A stretch of 64,000 bases of DNA from Halioglobus sp. (lineage in GTDB: Bacteria > Pseudomonadota > Gammaproteobacteria > Pseudomonadales > Halieaceae): contig JBGCFE010000041.1 in assembly GCA_045106775.1 (NCBI GenBank), forward strand, positions 9,948 through 73,947. Direction: 5' to 3'. Positions 38,916-51,442 of the stretch are shown in pieces (positions within the stretch are counted from its first letter, which is position 1; every line of letters starts with the position of its first letter). Both the position numbers and the translations under genes were made by a program. Below the pieces are notes generated by a model. That model did no database searches and was not told the origin of the DNA. It was given only the letters and a program-made list of their open reading frames with translations.

Positions 38916-39017
38916 GGGCCTACCTACTGGATGCTTGCAAAAAGCCGCCTATTATACAGTCTCTTAAGGCGGCATAATACGCGCTTTAGTCAAAAGTGAA
39001 ATCGCCCGGGGCGTCTG

Positions 39018-39815
39018 TTGTACGGAAAACTGATAGGTGGAATTTTAGGGTTTTTGGCTGGCGGCTTTTTCGGCCTGATACTTGGATTATTGGGTGGCCA
39101 CGCTTTTGACCGGGGTGTATTTCAGGTATTTCGTCTCGCTTCACCAAAAAACCTCAAGTTAGTCCGTGACACCTTCTTCGATACTACGTTCCTACTCTGT
39201 GGCCATTTGGCGAAAGCCGATGGTCGAATCTCCGAAGCTGAAGTCGCGCACGCCGAGCAATTATTTTTGCAGCTGGGCTTACAGCCAGAGCAGCGTAAAC
39301 AAGCCATAGCCCAGTTTCAGGCCGGGGCAGCACCTTCATTCAAAATTGAAGATGCCACCAAGGTCTTCATTGCTACCTGTGGGCGTCAGCCCCAGCTTGT
39401 TAAAACACTGCTTCTGTTTCTGATTTCTCAGGCCCATGCCGACAGCAAGCTTGATGAAGTTGAGCGCGAAGTTTTGATCAACATAGCGCGCGAGCTGGGT
39501 GTTGACGCCGTGGCGCTGCACCGTTTGATTAACATGGCCCAGGCACAGCAGCAGTTTCATTCTGGCGCTGGCGGAGCGGCGCAAACCTCAAGAGCCACGT
39601 CGATAGAGGCGGCGTATGCTGCGCTGGGTGTCGACTCCACGGTGGATGACAAAGGCCTAAAGCGCGCCTATCGAAAGCTGATGAGCGAACATCACCCTGA
39701 CAAGCTGATTGCCAAAGGGGTGCCCGAGGCAATGATAAAGGGGGCTACCGAGCGCTCGCAGGAAATTCAGTCAGCCTATGAGGCTGTGCGCAAACATCGC
39801 GGTCTGGTGAAGTAA
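39018..39815 (+). CDS. djlA: Co-chaperone DjlA (TM, TerB-like domain, J domain)
   Basis: GKLIGGILG..GHAFD N-terminus; AKADGRISEAE; C-terminal HPD motif (EHHPDKL). Confidence 0.92.
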   Translation: MYGKLIGGILGFLAGGFFGLILGLLGGHAFDRGVFQVFRLASPKNLKLVRDTFFDTTFLLCGHLAKADGRISEAEVAHAEQLFLQLGLQPEQRKQAIAQFQAGAAPSFKIEDATKVFIATCGRQPQLVKTLLLFLISQAHADSKLDEVEREVLINIARELGVDAVALHRLINMAQAQQQFHSGAGGAAQTSRATSIEAAYAALGVDSTVDDKGLKRAYRKLMSEHHPDKLIAKGVPEAMIKGATERSQEIQSAYEAVRKHRGLVK

Positions 39816-39820
39816 GGCCC

Positions 39821-41269
39821 CTAAAGCCGCCAGAACATCGGCGTAAACAATACCAGCAGCGTAAAAACTTCTAGTCGCCCCAGCAACATCGTGAAGCAAA
39901 GTAGTGCTTTGGCAAACTCGCTGATAGAGCCGTAGTTAGCCGCGACATCACCCAGGCCAGGGCCGAGGTTGTTTAACGCAGCAGCAACGGCAGAAAATGC
40001 GGTTGTAAAATCCAGGCCGGTCGCCATCAAAAGCAACATAATGATGATGAAGCATGTTGTGTAAACAGCGAAAAAGCTCCAAACAGCGCTGACGACAGAT
40101 GCTTCAACGCGGTTGCGCCCAACCTTAAGTGGGATGACGGCATTGGGGTGTATCAGTTGCTTTAATTCGCGCACGCCCTGTTTGTAAATGAGCATAATGC
40201 GCATTGCCTTCATCCCGCCCCCGGTTGACCCTACGCAACCGCCCATAAACGAAAACATCAACAGCATGACGGGAAGAAAAGAAGGCCATGCCGCGAAGTC
40301 TTGTGTGGCAAAGCCTGTGGTGGTGGTAATAGAGATAGCCTGAAATACACCGTGTATTAAAGAATCCCCCGGGCGCAGTGTGCTGGTAATCATTAGGTAC
40401 GCGCAGGTGATAAAGATGCAAATGGCCAAAACCGAAAGGAAAAACTTTGTTTCGGAGTCTTTGGCGTAGACCCAGATAGTGCGCCGCCGCCAGCTTAGAA
40501 AGTGCAGCCCAAAATTGACGGCGGAGATTGTCATAAACACACTGCAAACAACGAGAACGCTTTCGTTTTCGAAAAACCCCATGCTCGCATCGTGCGTAGA
40601 AAACCCGCCTATCGCTACAGTCGACAGCGCGTGCGCGATGGCATCAAACCCTGACATGCCGACTAGGTAGTATGCCAGTGCGCAGGTTATCGTTAGCCCA
40701 ATGTAAACCGAGGCCAACGCTTTAGCGGTTTCTGTGATGCGCGGGGTCAGCTTGGTGTCTTTGGATGGCCCTGGTGTTTCGGCTTTGTAAAGCTGCATGC
40801 CGCCAATACCGAGCATAGGCAGTACTGCCACGGCGACAACGATAATACCGATGCCGCCCAGCCATTGTAGTAATTGTCGGTAGATTAAAATGGATTGCGG
40901 TAATGCGTCTAAGCCCACAATAACGGTAGCGCCTGTGGTTGTTAATCCAGAAATGGATTCGAAGGCAGCTTCGGTTGGGGTTAGGTCGAGGCCGGGGCTT
41001 AAGGCAAAGGGCAGTGCACCAAATAGCCCCAGTACAGTCCAAAACAGCGAAGTCACTAGAAATCCATCACGTATTCTTAGCTCATGTTTTGCATTGCGTG
41101 TTGGTAGCCAAAGAAACAAACCAGAAAAAAACGTAATAGCCATCGCCGCTAGAAAGCCAGACACCGTATTTTCACCGGCAAACAGCGCAAGCAGTAACGG
41201 TGGCAAGTTTGCAATGCTGAAGAGCATCAGCAGCACACCAAGAATTTTAAAAATGACGGAAAAATGCAA
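39821..41269 (-). CDS. trkH: Trk potassium uptake membrane protein
   Basis: FESISGLTTTGAT; GGCVGSTGGG; LGRLEVFT. Confidence 0.96.
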   Translation of the reverse strand: MHFSVIFKILGVLLMLFSIANLPPLLLALFAGENTVSGFLAAMAITFFSGLFLWLPTRNAKHELRIRDGFLVTSLFWTVLGLFGALPFALSPGLDLTPTEAAFESISGLTTTGATVIVGLDALPQSILIYRQLLQWLGGIGIIVVAVAVLPMLGIGGMQLYKAETPGPSKDTKLTPRITETAKALASVYIGLTITCALAYYLVGMSGFDAIAHALSTVAIGGFSTHDASMGFFENESVLVVCSVFMTISAVNFGLHFLSWRRRTIWVYAKDSETKFFLSVLAICIFITCAYLMITSTLRPGDSLIHGVFQAISITTTTGFATQDFAAWPSFLPVMLLMFSFMGGCVGSTGGGMKAMRIMLIYKQGVRELKQLIHPNAVIPLKVGRNRVEASVVSAVWSFFAVYTTCFIIIMLLLMATGLDFTTAFSAVAAALNNLGPGLGDVAANYGSISEFAKALLCFTMLLGRLEVFTLLVLFTPMFWRL

Positions 41270-41278
41270 AGCGCAGCC

Positions 41279-42655
41279 CTAGGAAAAGAATCCGAGGCCA
41301 ACGGCAAACAGTTTCTCTACGGCTTTGATCTTGCCGCGGTCAACGAGAAACAGAATGACGTGGTCGTCAGGCTCCACAACAATATGACGATGCGCTATCA
41401 ATACTTCATCGTTGCGTACAATTGCACCGATGGTGACGCTTTCAGGCAGCTGAATTTCATCCAACCGTCGGCCTACCACTTTTGAGGAAGAGGAATCACC
41501 GTGTGCAATCACCTCGATGGCTTCTGCGGCGCCGCGTCGTAAAGAGTGCACGTTACTAATATCCCCACGCCTCACATGAGTGAGCAAACTGCCGATGGTA
41601 ATTTGCTGCGGGGAAATAGAAATATCGATTTCGTCGCCAACGAGCTCTGCGTACGCCGGGTTGGTAATCAACGTAATGACTTTCTTGGCTCCCATCCGCT
41701 TGGCCAACATAGACATCATGATGTTGGATTCATCATTATTGGTAAGGGCACAAAACACATCCATAGACTCAATGTTTTCGGCCACCAATAGCTGCGGCTC
41801 TGAAGCGCTGCCGTTGAGTACGATGCAGCGCTTTAGTCGCTCAGACAGTACGCGACATCGGCTATAGGACTTTTCAATGATTTTGACTTGGAGGTTATCT
41901 TCTAACTTTTGCGCGAGAGTGGCGCCGATGTTACCGCCACCTGCAATCATCACGCGCTTGTAGGGCTTGTCTACTTTGCGTAGCTCAGACATTACCGCTT
42001 TGATGTTTGGTTTTGCGGCAATGAAGAAAACCTCATCGTTCACCTCAACGACGGTGTCGCCCTCGGGGATGATAGGCCGGTCGCGTCGAAAAATAGCAGC
42101 GACTCGCGTGTCCACATTGGGCATGTGTTTGCGAATATCGGCAAGCTCGTGCCCAACAATGGGCCCGTCGTGGTAAGCGCGAACGGCCACCAATTGCACT
42201 TTACCGTCGGCGAAATCGAGCACCTGCAGCGCACCGGGGTTGGCGATGAGTCGTTGAATATTCTGTGTTACTAATTGCTCGGGGCCAATAATGACATCAA
42301 CCGGAACATGCTCGCGTGTAAAGAGTTGCTCTGAATAGCTGAGATAATTGGGCGAGCGTACCCGCGAAATTTTGGTGGGCGTATTGAACAGAGTGTGCGC
42401 CACTTGGCAGGCCATCATGTTGATCTCGTCGCTGCTGGTAACAGCAATCAACATATCGGCATCTTCAGCGCCGGCTCGGTACAGTACGCTGGGATGTGAA
42501 GCTTCACCTGCCACCGTCCCTATATCCAAATTGTCTTGCAGCGAGCGCAGTTTGTCGCCGTCAGTATCGACTACGGTGATATCGTTTTGTTCGTTGGCCA
42601 GGTGCTCGGCGAGTGTGCCGCCTACCTGGCCAGCCCCGAGAATGATGATCTTCAT
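41279..42655 (-). CDS. trkA: Trk potassium uptake RCK protein
   Basis: [12 protein letters not shown] and a second Rossmann motif GGGNIG. Confidence 0.97.
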   Translation of the reverse strand: MKIIILGAGQVGGTLAEHLANEQNDITVVDTDGDKLRSLQDNLDIGTVAGEASHPSVLYRAGAEDADMLIAVTSSDEINMMACQVAHTLFNTPTKISRVRSPNYLSYSEQLFTREHVPVDVIIGPEQLVTQNIQRLIANPGALQVLDFADGKVQLVAVRAYHDGPIVGHELADIRKHMPNVDTRVAAIFRRDRPIIPEGDTVVEVNDEVFFIAAKPNIKAVMSELRKVDKPYKRVMIAGGGNIGATLAQKLEDNLQVKIIEKSYSRCRVLSERLKRCIVLNGSASEPQLLVAENIESMDVFCALTNNDESNIMMSMLAKRMGAKKVITLITNPAYAELVGDEIDISISPQQITIGSLLTHVRRGDISNVHSLRRGAAEAIEVIAHGDSSSSKVVGRRLDEIQLPESVTIGAIVRNDEVLIAHRHIVVEPDDHVILFLVDRGKIKAVEKLFAVGLGFFS

Positions 42656-42800
42656 GGCTCAATGAGCTCTTATTGGGTTATGCGTATGCGGGCGCTAGCA
42701 ATGTAAGCACAGTAAAGAAACCGCTCGCGGATTGTAAGTTCTGTGGGGGCGTAATTGTGCACAACTCTTTGCACGGATGAGAGAGGCATTGCCCTGCTAA

Positions 42801-44126
42801 TTAATTGCGTATCAGGCGGCAATAAAACAATCCATCACTCCCCTGCGCATGGGGAATGAGTTGTAAGGCGCCGTTTATCGCTTCGCCGAAACCGGTTGTG
42901 ATGGGATCGATGCTGGCATCAGGCGTTTGTTCTCTAAATGCATCCACTACTTGTTGGTTTTCTTCTTTTAAGATTGAACAAGTGGCGTACAGCAGCGTGC
43001 CGCCTTTTTTTAGCCGCGGCCAAACGCCTAGCAGTATCCGCAGTTGTTGTGCAGCGAAGGATTGGAGATCTTCGGGCTGGCGCAGAATTTTGACGTCAGG
43101 GTGACGCCGGATTACGCCTGATGCAGAACAGGGTGCGTCCACCAGAATTCGATCAAATAATGCGGGTGATTCTGTTTGAGGGGCCTGCGGCGCTGTCTGA
43201 GATGTCTGCGGAGCTTCACCTGCGTCTGCCGCTGCCAGTGTTGCGCTCAAGCCAAGCCGGCTGAGGTTTTCTGATACCTTTTCGAGCCGTTCGGCACTGA
43301 TATCTTCGGCCACTAATACCTCCAGGCCAGGTTGGAGCTCAAGCACATGGCAGGTTTTACCGCCTGGTGCTGCGCAAGCATCAAGAATGCGCTCTCCAGC
43401 TTGAGCATTTAAGAAGTGAGCCGCCACCTGTGCCGCTTCATCCTGAACGCTTACATCGCCCTGAGCAAAACCGGGCAAAGCTTCAACGTCTAACGGTTGG
43501 CGAAGTGTGATTGCCTGTGCGCTTAGGGTGCCGGCGGCGGCGTCGATCCCCGCCGCGGCAAGTGTCTCTAAATAGCCGGCTCGCGATACTCGGGCGGCAT
43601 TCACCCTCAATGTCATCGGCGGCTGGGCGTTGTTGGCGCTCACGATGGCTTGCCAGTGCAAAGGCCACTGCTTGCGAATTTTGCCAAATAGCCACGCTGG
43701 GTGGCTTGCTGCTGTGGCCTCATCCAAACTGTCCAGCAGCGCTTCCTGCTCACGAAGAAAGCTACGTAGCACTGCATTGGTGAGGCTGCGAGCCCAGGGT
43801 TTCTTCAAATGTTTGATGGCGTCTACTGTCTGCGCGACTGCGGCATGGTCAGGTATGCGCATCGACAGGAGTTGATAGATGCCGATCAGTAATAGTGCTT
43901 CTACATCTGCATCTTTGCGCCTTAACGGTTTATCCAGCAGCGGCTCAAGTAGGCCCAATAGCTTAGGTGCCTCTCGCAGAGACCCGTAGCACAGTTGCTG
44001 GAGTAGGGAGCGCTCTGATGCCTCCACTTTATCTAAACCCCAGGGCAATGCGCTGTTTAGTGACTGGCCTTCAAACACTTTAGCGATGGTTTGTGCGGCG
44101 ATGCCGCGAACATCATTACTCGCCAT
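42801..44126 (-). CDS. rsmB: 16S rRNA m5C967 methyltransferase
   Basis: NusB-like N-terminus; VQDEAAQ; DACAAPGGKT; DAPCSASG; YATCS. Confidence 0.96.
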   Translation of the reverse strand: MASNDVRGIAAQTIAKVFEGQSLNSALPWGLDKVEASERSLLQQLCYGSLREAPKLLGLLEPLLDKPLRRKDADVEALLLIGIYQLLSMRIPDHAAVAQTVDAIKHLKKPWARSLTNAVLRSFLREQEALLDSLDEATAASHPAWLFGKIRKQWPLHWQAIVSANNAQPPMTLRVNAARVSRAGYLETLAAAGIDAAAGTLSAQAITLRQPLDVEALPGFAQGDVSVQDEAAQVAAHFLNAQAGERILDACAAPGGKTCHVLELQPGLEVLVAEDISAERLEKVSENLSRLGLSATLAAADAGEAPQTSQTAPQAPQTESPALFDRILVDAPCSASGVIRRHPDVKILRQPEDLQSFAAQQLRILLGVWPRLKKGGTLLYATCSILKEENQQVVDAFREQTPDASIDPITTGFGEAINGALQLIPHAQGSDGLFYCRLIRN

Positions 44127-45121
44127 TAGCTTGCACTTACCGCAGGAGCGTCAAACGTTTGGCCAACCGTGAATAGCGCCTGTTTTGCACGCAGCACGTC
44201 CTGGGCGGACAGTTGTTTGCCTCCAGGGAGTTGTAGCCGCTCTATTTCGAGAAGGCCGGTTCCGCAAGCAATCACCAGCCCGCCCACATCCGCTTGTACT
44301 ATTGTTCCGGGTGTTAGTGTGCCGCTGGCCGAGTCTTTGGCTTCAACTGCGTTGGTTACAGGTTTGGCCTGCCAAATGCGAAGCCGTTCGCCTGCGAGCG
44401 TCGAAAAGCAAATGGGCGCGGGGTTAAATGCGCGGATTTTGGTGTCTAGGGTGGCGGCTGAAAGGGTCCAGTCTATAGCGGCTTCAGGCTTTAGAATCTT
44501 GTGTGCGTAAGTGGCCCCTTCTGTAGGTTGAGCCTGCCGGTTTGCCTGATGATTTTCCAGGTCGTTGAGTACGCTCAGAAGCAGGGGAGCGCCCAGTTCT
44601 GCCAGTGAGTCATGCAGTGTAGCGGAGGACATTTGGGGGGTAATTGCGCAACGCTGCATCGCGAGAATATCCCCGGTATCAAGCCCTTCATCCATCTGCA
44701 TTATGGTGATCCCGCTCTCTTGATCCCCAGCCTCAATGGCGCGTTGAATGGGAGCGGCGCCGCGCCAGCGAGGAAGTAAAGAAGCATGCACATTCAGGCA
44801 GCCCAGGCGCGGCGCATCGAGCACGGCGGCAGGGAGTATCAAGCCGTAGGCCACAACGACGAGTACATCCGCCTCAAATGCGGCCAGCTCTGCCTGAGCC
44901 TCAGGTGTCTTCAGAGTGGCCGGTTGGCACACTGGGATGGCTGCCTCCTGAGCGACAAGCTTAACGGCGCTGGCTTGCAGCTTCTTGCCTCGGCCCGCGG
45001 GCCTGTCAGGTTGCGTGTAGACGCCCGTAAGTTGGTGCTTACTATCAATGAGGTGCTTTAAATGAATGGCCGCAAATGGCGGGGTGCCTGCAAAAAGAAG
45101 GCGCAAAGGAGCTTGGCTCAT
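44126..45121 (-). CDS. fmt: Methionyl-tRNA formyltransferase
   Basis: FAGTPPFA; [19 protein letters not shown]; MDEGLDTG. Confidence 0.97.
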   Translation of the reverse strand: MSQAPLRLLFAGTPPFAAIHLKHLIDSKHQLTGVYTQPDRPAGRGKKLQASAVKLVAQEAAIPVCQPATLKTPEAQAELAAFEADVLVVVAYGLILPAAVLDAPRLGCLNVHASLLPRWRGAAPIQRAIEAGDQESGITIMQMDEGLDTGDILAMQRCAITPQMSSATLHDSLAELGAPLLLSVLNDLENHQANRQAQPTEGATYAHKILKPEAAIDWTLSAATLDTKIRAFNPAPICFSTLAGERLRIWQAKPVTNAVEAKDSASGTLTPGTIVQADVGGLVIACGTGLLEIERLQLPGGKQLSAQDVLRAKQALFTVGQTFDAPAVSAS

Positions 45122-45633
45122 GCGCTATTTGCGCGTTGTCGGTGGTCTTTCTCTAACTTCTTGCGGATACGCTGCCGTTTCAAAGAGGAGAGATAATCCA
45201 CAAACAGCTTGCCGTTGAGATGATCAATTTCATGCTGCAGGCAGGTTGCTAGAAGGCCATCGACTTCACGGGTAAATGACTCTCCATCGCGGCCCAGGGC
45301 GGTAACCGATATGGCCCCGGGGCGGGCTACTGTTTCATAGTAGCCGGGCACCGACAGGCAGCCCTCATCATACTCGCTGAGTGCTTCGTCCAGCACGGTG
45401 ACTTCTGGGTTGATGAAGACCAAAGGCTCGCTTTGGTCTTCTGAAATATCAATGACAATGACGCGCTTGTGCACGTTGATTTGGGTTGCCGCCAGCCCGA
45501 TGCCAGGCGCTGCATACATGGTTTGAAACATGTCGTCGATGAGCGTGCGAGTTGTATCGTTGACGCTCTCAACCGGGGTCGCTGTGGTGCGTAATCTGGG
45601 ATCGGGAAATTCCAGTATTTCCAGTACTGCCAT
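45118..45633 (-). CDS. def: Peptide deformylase
   Basis: GIGLAA, EGCLS and QHEIDHL metal-binding motifs. Confidence 0.97.
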   Translation of the reverse strand: MAVLEILEFPDPRLRTTATPVESVNDTTRTLIDDMFQTMYAAPGIGLAATQINVHKRVIVIDISEDQSEPLVFINPEVTVLDEALSEYDEGCLSVPGYYETVARPGAISVTALGRDGESFTREVDGLLATCLQHEIDHLNGKLFVDYLSSLKRQRIRKKLEKDHRQRANSA

Positions 45634-45806
45634 GGTCAAAAGGGCTCTAAAAGTGGCCGAAATTGGCTGCGTGAATTAATAACATTTGGGGTTGCCACCC
45701 TGTAACCGTGGCAGCAAACTGTGGCAAGTATACCGCTTGTGAATACGGGGTGCCTAGCTTCAACCTAAAGATGAAGCGCAAGCGAAGAGATACAGGCGAA
45801 CACAGA

Positions 45807-45837
45807 ACAAGCACAGCACAAGTACAAAACAAGTACA
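45807..45837 (+). repeat. Three direct repeats ACAAG(C/T)ACA at 11-bp spacing
   Basis: Units at 45807-45815, 45818-45826 and 45829-45837 in the def / LysM intergenic region. Confidence 0.75.
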
Positions 45838-45921
45838 GAATAAAACAGCAGTACATAACCGCTGCAATAAATAGAAACATAAATTGGCTGAAATAAAAGA
45901 AGCCATATAGGGACGTATACC

Positions 45922-46953
45922 ATGAAGAGACAGTTACTAGCGGTTGGACTGCTGCTGGTGTCGCTATTGTTCAGCGGCATTACCCAGGCAGCCGTGGCGC
46001 TGAATAAGGATATGCCTGAGACCTATATCGTTAAAAAAGGCGATACTCTCTGGGGCATTTCAGGCATGTATCTCGAACAGCCATGGTTGTGGCCAGAGCT
46101 ATGGGATGTAAACCCTCAAATTGATAATCCTCACCTCATTTTCCCAGGCGATGAATTGTATTTGGTGTGGGTTGATGGCAAGCCCCGTTTGCGCCTGCGT
46201 CGTGGCCGCAACGTCAAACTATCGCCCAACATGCGGGTTGACCCACTCGACCTTGCGATTCCAGTTATTCCGCTGGATCAAATTGGCCCCTGGTTGCTTC
46301 GTCATCGCATTATGGATGCTGGAGAGCTCAACAATTCTGCTTATGTAGTCGCAGGCGACCAAATGCATCTTATCAGCGGCCCTGGCGACAGAGTGTTCGG
46401 CCGTGGTTTTTTCCCTGACGATGAGCGCTCTTATGGCATTTACCGCGCTGGCGAAACGTACTACGACCCAAAAACAAATGAGTTGCTGGGGTATCAGGCT
46501 CAGGATATCGGCAATGCGCGAATGGTCACCAGTAACGCAGAAGACATTGTCGAACTAGAGGTTACACGGGTAGCAGAAGAGGTCCGTCTTGGTGATCGGC
46601 TATTGCCTTTGGAAGAACGGATACTTGATGCAACCTTCCATCCCAAGCCACCTTCAGTGGAGCTTGAAGGCGCACTGATGATTTCTGTGCACGGCGGCGT
46701 TACACAGGTCGGCGAAATGAGTATTGTCGTAATCAACAGAGGCGACAGAGAAGGCCTGGCGATTGGAGACGTGGTTGCTGTCTATCAGGCGGGCGAGCTG
46801 GTGTACGATAAAGTCGCCGAAGAAAATGTGTTGCTCCCTGATACCCGCGCAGGTCTGGCGCTGGTGTTTGAAGTCTTCGAAAAGGCAAGCTACGCCATCA
46901 TCATTAAAGCGAGCCGGCCTCTCAAGCTTTTGGACAAGGTTAAGAACCCCTAG
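45922..46953 (+). CDS. Exported LysM-domain protein (TsaP-like)
   Basis: Signal peptide; YIVKKGDTLWGIS...NPHLIFPGD LysM; def-LysM-dprA synteny. Confidence 0.88.
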   Translation: MKRQLLAVGLLLVSLLFSGITQAAVALNKDMPETYIVKKGDTLWGISGMYLEQPWLWPELWDVNPQIDNPHLIFPGDELYLVWVDGKPRLRLRRGRNVKLSPNMRVDPLDLAIPVIPLDQIGPWLLRHRIMDAGELNNSAYVVAGDQMHLISGPGDRVFGRGFFPDDERSYGIYRAGETYYDPKTNELLGYQAQDIGNARMVTSNAEDIVELEVTRVAEEVRLGDRLLPLEERILDATFHPKPPSVELEGALMISVHGGVTQVGEMSIVVINRGDREGLAIGDVVAVYQAGELVYDKVAEENVLLPDTRAGLALVFEVFEKASYAIIIKASRPLKLLDKVKNP

Positions 46954-46990
46954 AAATGTAAACCTCACTTCATTACTTCAAGGATGACGT

Positions 46991-47938
46991 ATGAAGACAG
47001 CACAACCGCCCACCGCCTCTTCCGAGGCGGTGGGCTTTTCTCTTATCGCTATTGGCGATGATCGCTACCCTCCTCTACTTAGAGAAATACATGATCCGCC
47101 TCCTGAGCTTTATGTCCGTGGAGACGTAGCTGCTCTTGCGCAGCCGCAATTTGCCATCGTGGGGAGTCGCAGAGCCAGTGTGGCAGCACTGCGTGTTACC
47201 CGTTTGCTGGCCAGCCAGCTTAGTCAGTCAGGTTTGAGCATTTGTTCGGGCCTGGCGCTCGGGATTGATGGAGCAGCACATCAAGGTGCCATTGGGTGCC
47301 AGGGTACAACCGTGGCCGTTACCGCTACCGGTATAGATACGATTTACCCGTATAGACATAGAGGCTTGGCCACTGAGGTTACTTCATCTGGCTGTGTCGT
47401 TACCGAGTTCCCCCCGGGCACGCCGCCGCGTAAGGGAAACTTTCCTCAGCGAAACCGCATTATCAGTGGCATGTCTCTTGGCGTTTTGGTGGTCGAGGCG
47501 GCACTGCAAAGCGGCTCTCTCATTACCGCCCGTACAGCGAACGAGCAGGGGCGGGAGGTATTTGCGCTGCCGTGGTCTATGCTCCACGAAGGTGGCAAAG
47601 GCTGTCTGCAGCTGCTGCGAGATGGCGCCAAAATGGTGCTAGATGTTCACGATATAGTGGACGAGCTCGGCCCTTTGTATTCTCAGCACCAACGTGAAAG
47701 TCAGCGTTCCAGCGATGATGTGACTGCTCTGAAACAGGACGCCGCTGAGGCCGGCCTGGGTTTGCCTACATCAAAAAATGAAGCATTGATTCTGGCACTG
47801 CTAGGCTATGATGCATCTGCGCTTGATGAACTGGCGCAGGCCAGCGGGTTGCCGGTTAACACCGTTCTTTCAGTCCTCAGTGGGCTGGAAGTTTCTGGCC
47901 GTGTCGCGCGCAGTGATGGTGGCTATGTGAGGGTTTAA
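46991..47938 (+). CDS. dprA: DNA-processing protein DprA (Smf), short N-terminus
   Basis: DPPPELYVRG; AIVGSR; SGLALGIDG; FPQRNRIISG; VEAALQSGSLITA; C-terminal winged helix. Confidence 0.93.
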   Translation: MKTAQPPTASSEAVGFSLIAIGDDRYPPLLREIHDPPPELYVRGDVAALAQPQFAIVGSRRASVAALRVTRLLASQLSQSGLSICSGLALGIDGAAHQGAIGCQGTTVAVTATGIDTIYPYRHRGLATEVTSSGCVVTEFPPGTPPRKGNFPQRNRIISGMSLGVLVVEAALQSGSLITARTANEQGREVFALPWSMLHEGGKGCLQLLRDGAKMVLDVHDIVDELGPLYSQHQRESQRSSDDVTALKQDAAEAGLGLPTSKNEALILALLGYDASALDELAQASGLPVNTVLSVLSGLEVSGRVARSDGGYVRV

Positions 47939-48020
47939 CCCCGCGCGGTTTTATCTTGCCAACGTCGCCCCGCTTGTTTAAATTGCGCCGTCGATTGGCC
48001 AACGGTTTCTGTGACTATTT

Positions 48021-48581
48021 ATGCCTCCTTCTCCTATTCATTTGGCAAGTGCGATGGGCGCTCTCTATGACGGCGGCCTTGTGGCCTGTCCAACAGAGGC
48101 AGTGTGGGGGCTGAGCTGCGACCCATTTGATGCGCTGGCGGTTTCGAATTTGCTGAGCGTAAAACGTCGGCCGGTGGCAAAGGGTTTGATACTGGTGGCC
48201 TCCACAATCGATCAGCTGGCCTTCTTGCTAGATGACGTTACAACAACGCAGCGCGAGCTTCTCGAGGCGTCCTGGCCGGGGCCTTCCACTTGGCTGGTGC
48301 CCCATCGTGGGCGTGTGCCTGCTTGGATAAGCGGCGATTCTAAGAGCGTTGCGGTGAGAGTGAGCGCTCACATCGCAGTTGCTGCGTTGTGTGATGCCTG
48401 GCATGGGCCTCTCGTATCCACCTCGGCCAATCCTGCCGGAGCACTACCCGCAAAACAGGCCTTTCAGGTGCGTCGATATTTTGGCCATAGGGTCGACTTT
48501 GTATTGCCGGGCCGCCTCGGCGACTCCTCTGCACCCACAACAATTAGAGATCTTATTAGTGGAGAGACGATACGTGCTTAG
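48021..48581 (+). CDS. tsaC: L-threonylcarbamoyladenylate synthase (YrdC/Sua5)
   Basis: PTEAVWGLSCDP; KRRPVAKGLIL; WPGPST; STSAN. Confidence 0.92.
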   Translation: MPPSPIHLASAMGALYDGGLVACPTEAVWGLSCDPFDALAVSNLLSVKRRPVAKGLILVASTIDQLAFLLDDVTTTQRELLEASWPGPSTWLVPHRGRVPAWISGDSKSVAVRVSAHIAVAALCDAWHGPLVSTSANPAGALPAKQAFQVRRYFGHRVDFVLPGRLGDSSAPTTIRDLISGETIRA

Positions 48582-48626
48582 TAAAGACTCGTCTGCCATG
48601 GGTATAATGCGCGCCTCTTCATATAG

Positions 48627-50431
<1,805 letters not shown>

Positions 50432-50461
50432 TCGATGGCCTTGCCGCTGTGGGTGTTGAGC

Positions 50462-51022
50462 TCAGCCTGGTTCCAAAGCGTCGATATGTTGGTCTTTGAG
50501 CTGCACGTAGTTCTTTGCGCTGTAGACAAAATAATCCATCTCTTTTTCTGTTAATGCGCGCATTTGTCGGGCCGGGCTACCGGCGTACAGAAAACCGCTA
50601 CTGAGCGTTTTGCCTGGTGTTACCAGTGCCCCGGCGGCTATCACTACATCATCCTCGACAACGGCACCGTCCATGACAATGGCGCCCATGCCGACCAGTA
50701 CGCGATTTCCTACGTGGGCACCGTGTAGCACCGCGTTATGGCCAATAGTGACATCGCTGCCAATAGTGAGTGGCCACCCATCTTTATTGTATGGCCCAGC
50801 ATGCGTGATATGCAGTATGCAGCCATCCTGAATACTGGTGCGAGCACCGACAGTAATGGTGTGCATGTCACCGCGAATTGCCACCTGTGGCCAAACTGAA
50901 ACATCATCACCGAGAGTGACATCTCCCAGTACCACTGCACTGGGGTCTATTAATACGCGGTGGCCCAGCGTGGGGCTGTGGCCCGCAAAACGCCGAACAC
51001 TCTGGGCTGTATGGTGCTGCAT
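50462..51022 (-). CDS. Gamma carbonic anhydrase family protein (YrdA-like)
   Basis: Hexapeptide repeats; IRGDMHTI; QDGCILH; GHNAVLHG. Start set at ATG 51022. Confidence 0.92.
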   Translation of the reverse strand: MQHHTAQSVRRFAGHSPTLGHRVLIDPSAVVLGDVTLGDDVSVWPQVAIRGDMHTITVGARTSIQDGCILHITHAGPYNKDGWPLTIGSDVTIGHNAVLHGAHVGNRVLVGMGAIVMDGAVVEDDVVIAAGALVTPGKTLSSGFLYAGSPARQMRALTEKEMDYFVYSAKNYVQLKDQHIDALEPG

Positions 51023-51102
51023 TTCAAGATCTCTACGGGGTTGCCTGGCTGGTACAATAGCGGCCATTGTTTTTGCTTGCCAGCCAAAATTAGAGAGTAA
51101 CC

Positions 51103-51387
51103 ATGCACAAAAGCCCGCCAAAGCGCCGCTTTATTGCCGGCGCCGTTTGTCCGCGTTGTAGCTTGATGGATAAAATCGTGGTTGAAGTCGATTCTGATGC
51201 GCGCCATTGCATCAGTTGTGGGTTTTCAGAAGCTAGACCTACGGCGCAAACGCCTCAACATTCCACCGAGGTGCCCACCAGGGTCAATAGAGCGTCGGCG
51301 CGACGCATAGAGACGCCAGCCGAGGCGGTGAAACTGGTGGACCCCAGCGCATCACAAAAAAAGCAACCTAATGACAATGAAGAGTAA
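51103..51387 (+). CDS. YheV family zinc-ribbon protein
   Basis: KRRFIAGAVCPRC...CISCGF (two CxxC motifs). Confidence 0.85.
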   Translation: MHKSPPKRRFIAGAVCPRCSLMDKIVVEVDSDARHCISCGFSEARPTAQTPQHSTEVPTRVNRASARRIETPAEAVKLVDPSASQKKQPNDNEE

Positions 51388-51442
51388 TCGCCGAGCCGAC
51401 GTTTTTGTTTGAGATACCACGTGTGCGTGCCAGGCAGCGGGG

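Noticed and set aside
38944-38973. GCCGCCT/AGGCGGC inverted repeat in the glyQ-djlA divergent promoter
   Set aside because: Only 7 bp and GC-rich, so plausibly chance; no supporting evidence.
43180-43220. APQT-like low-complexity insert in RsmB
   Set aside because: A short linker expansion; catalytic motifs are intact.
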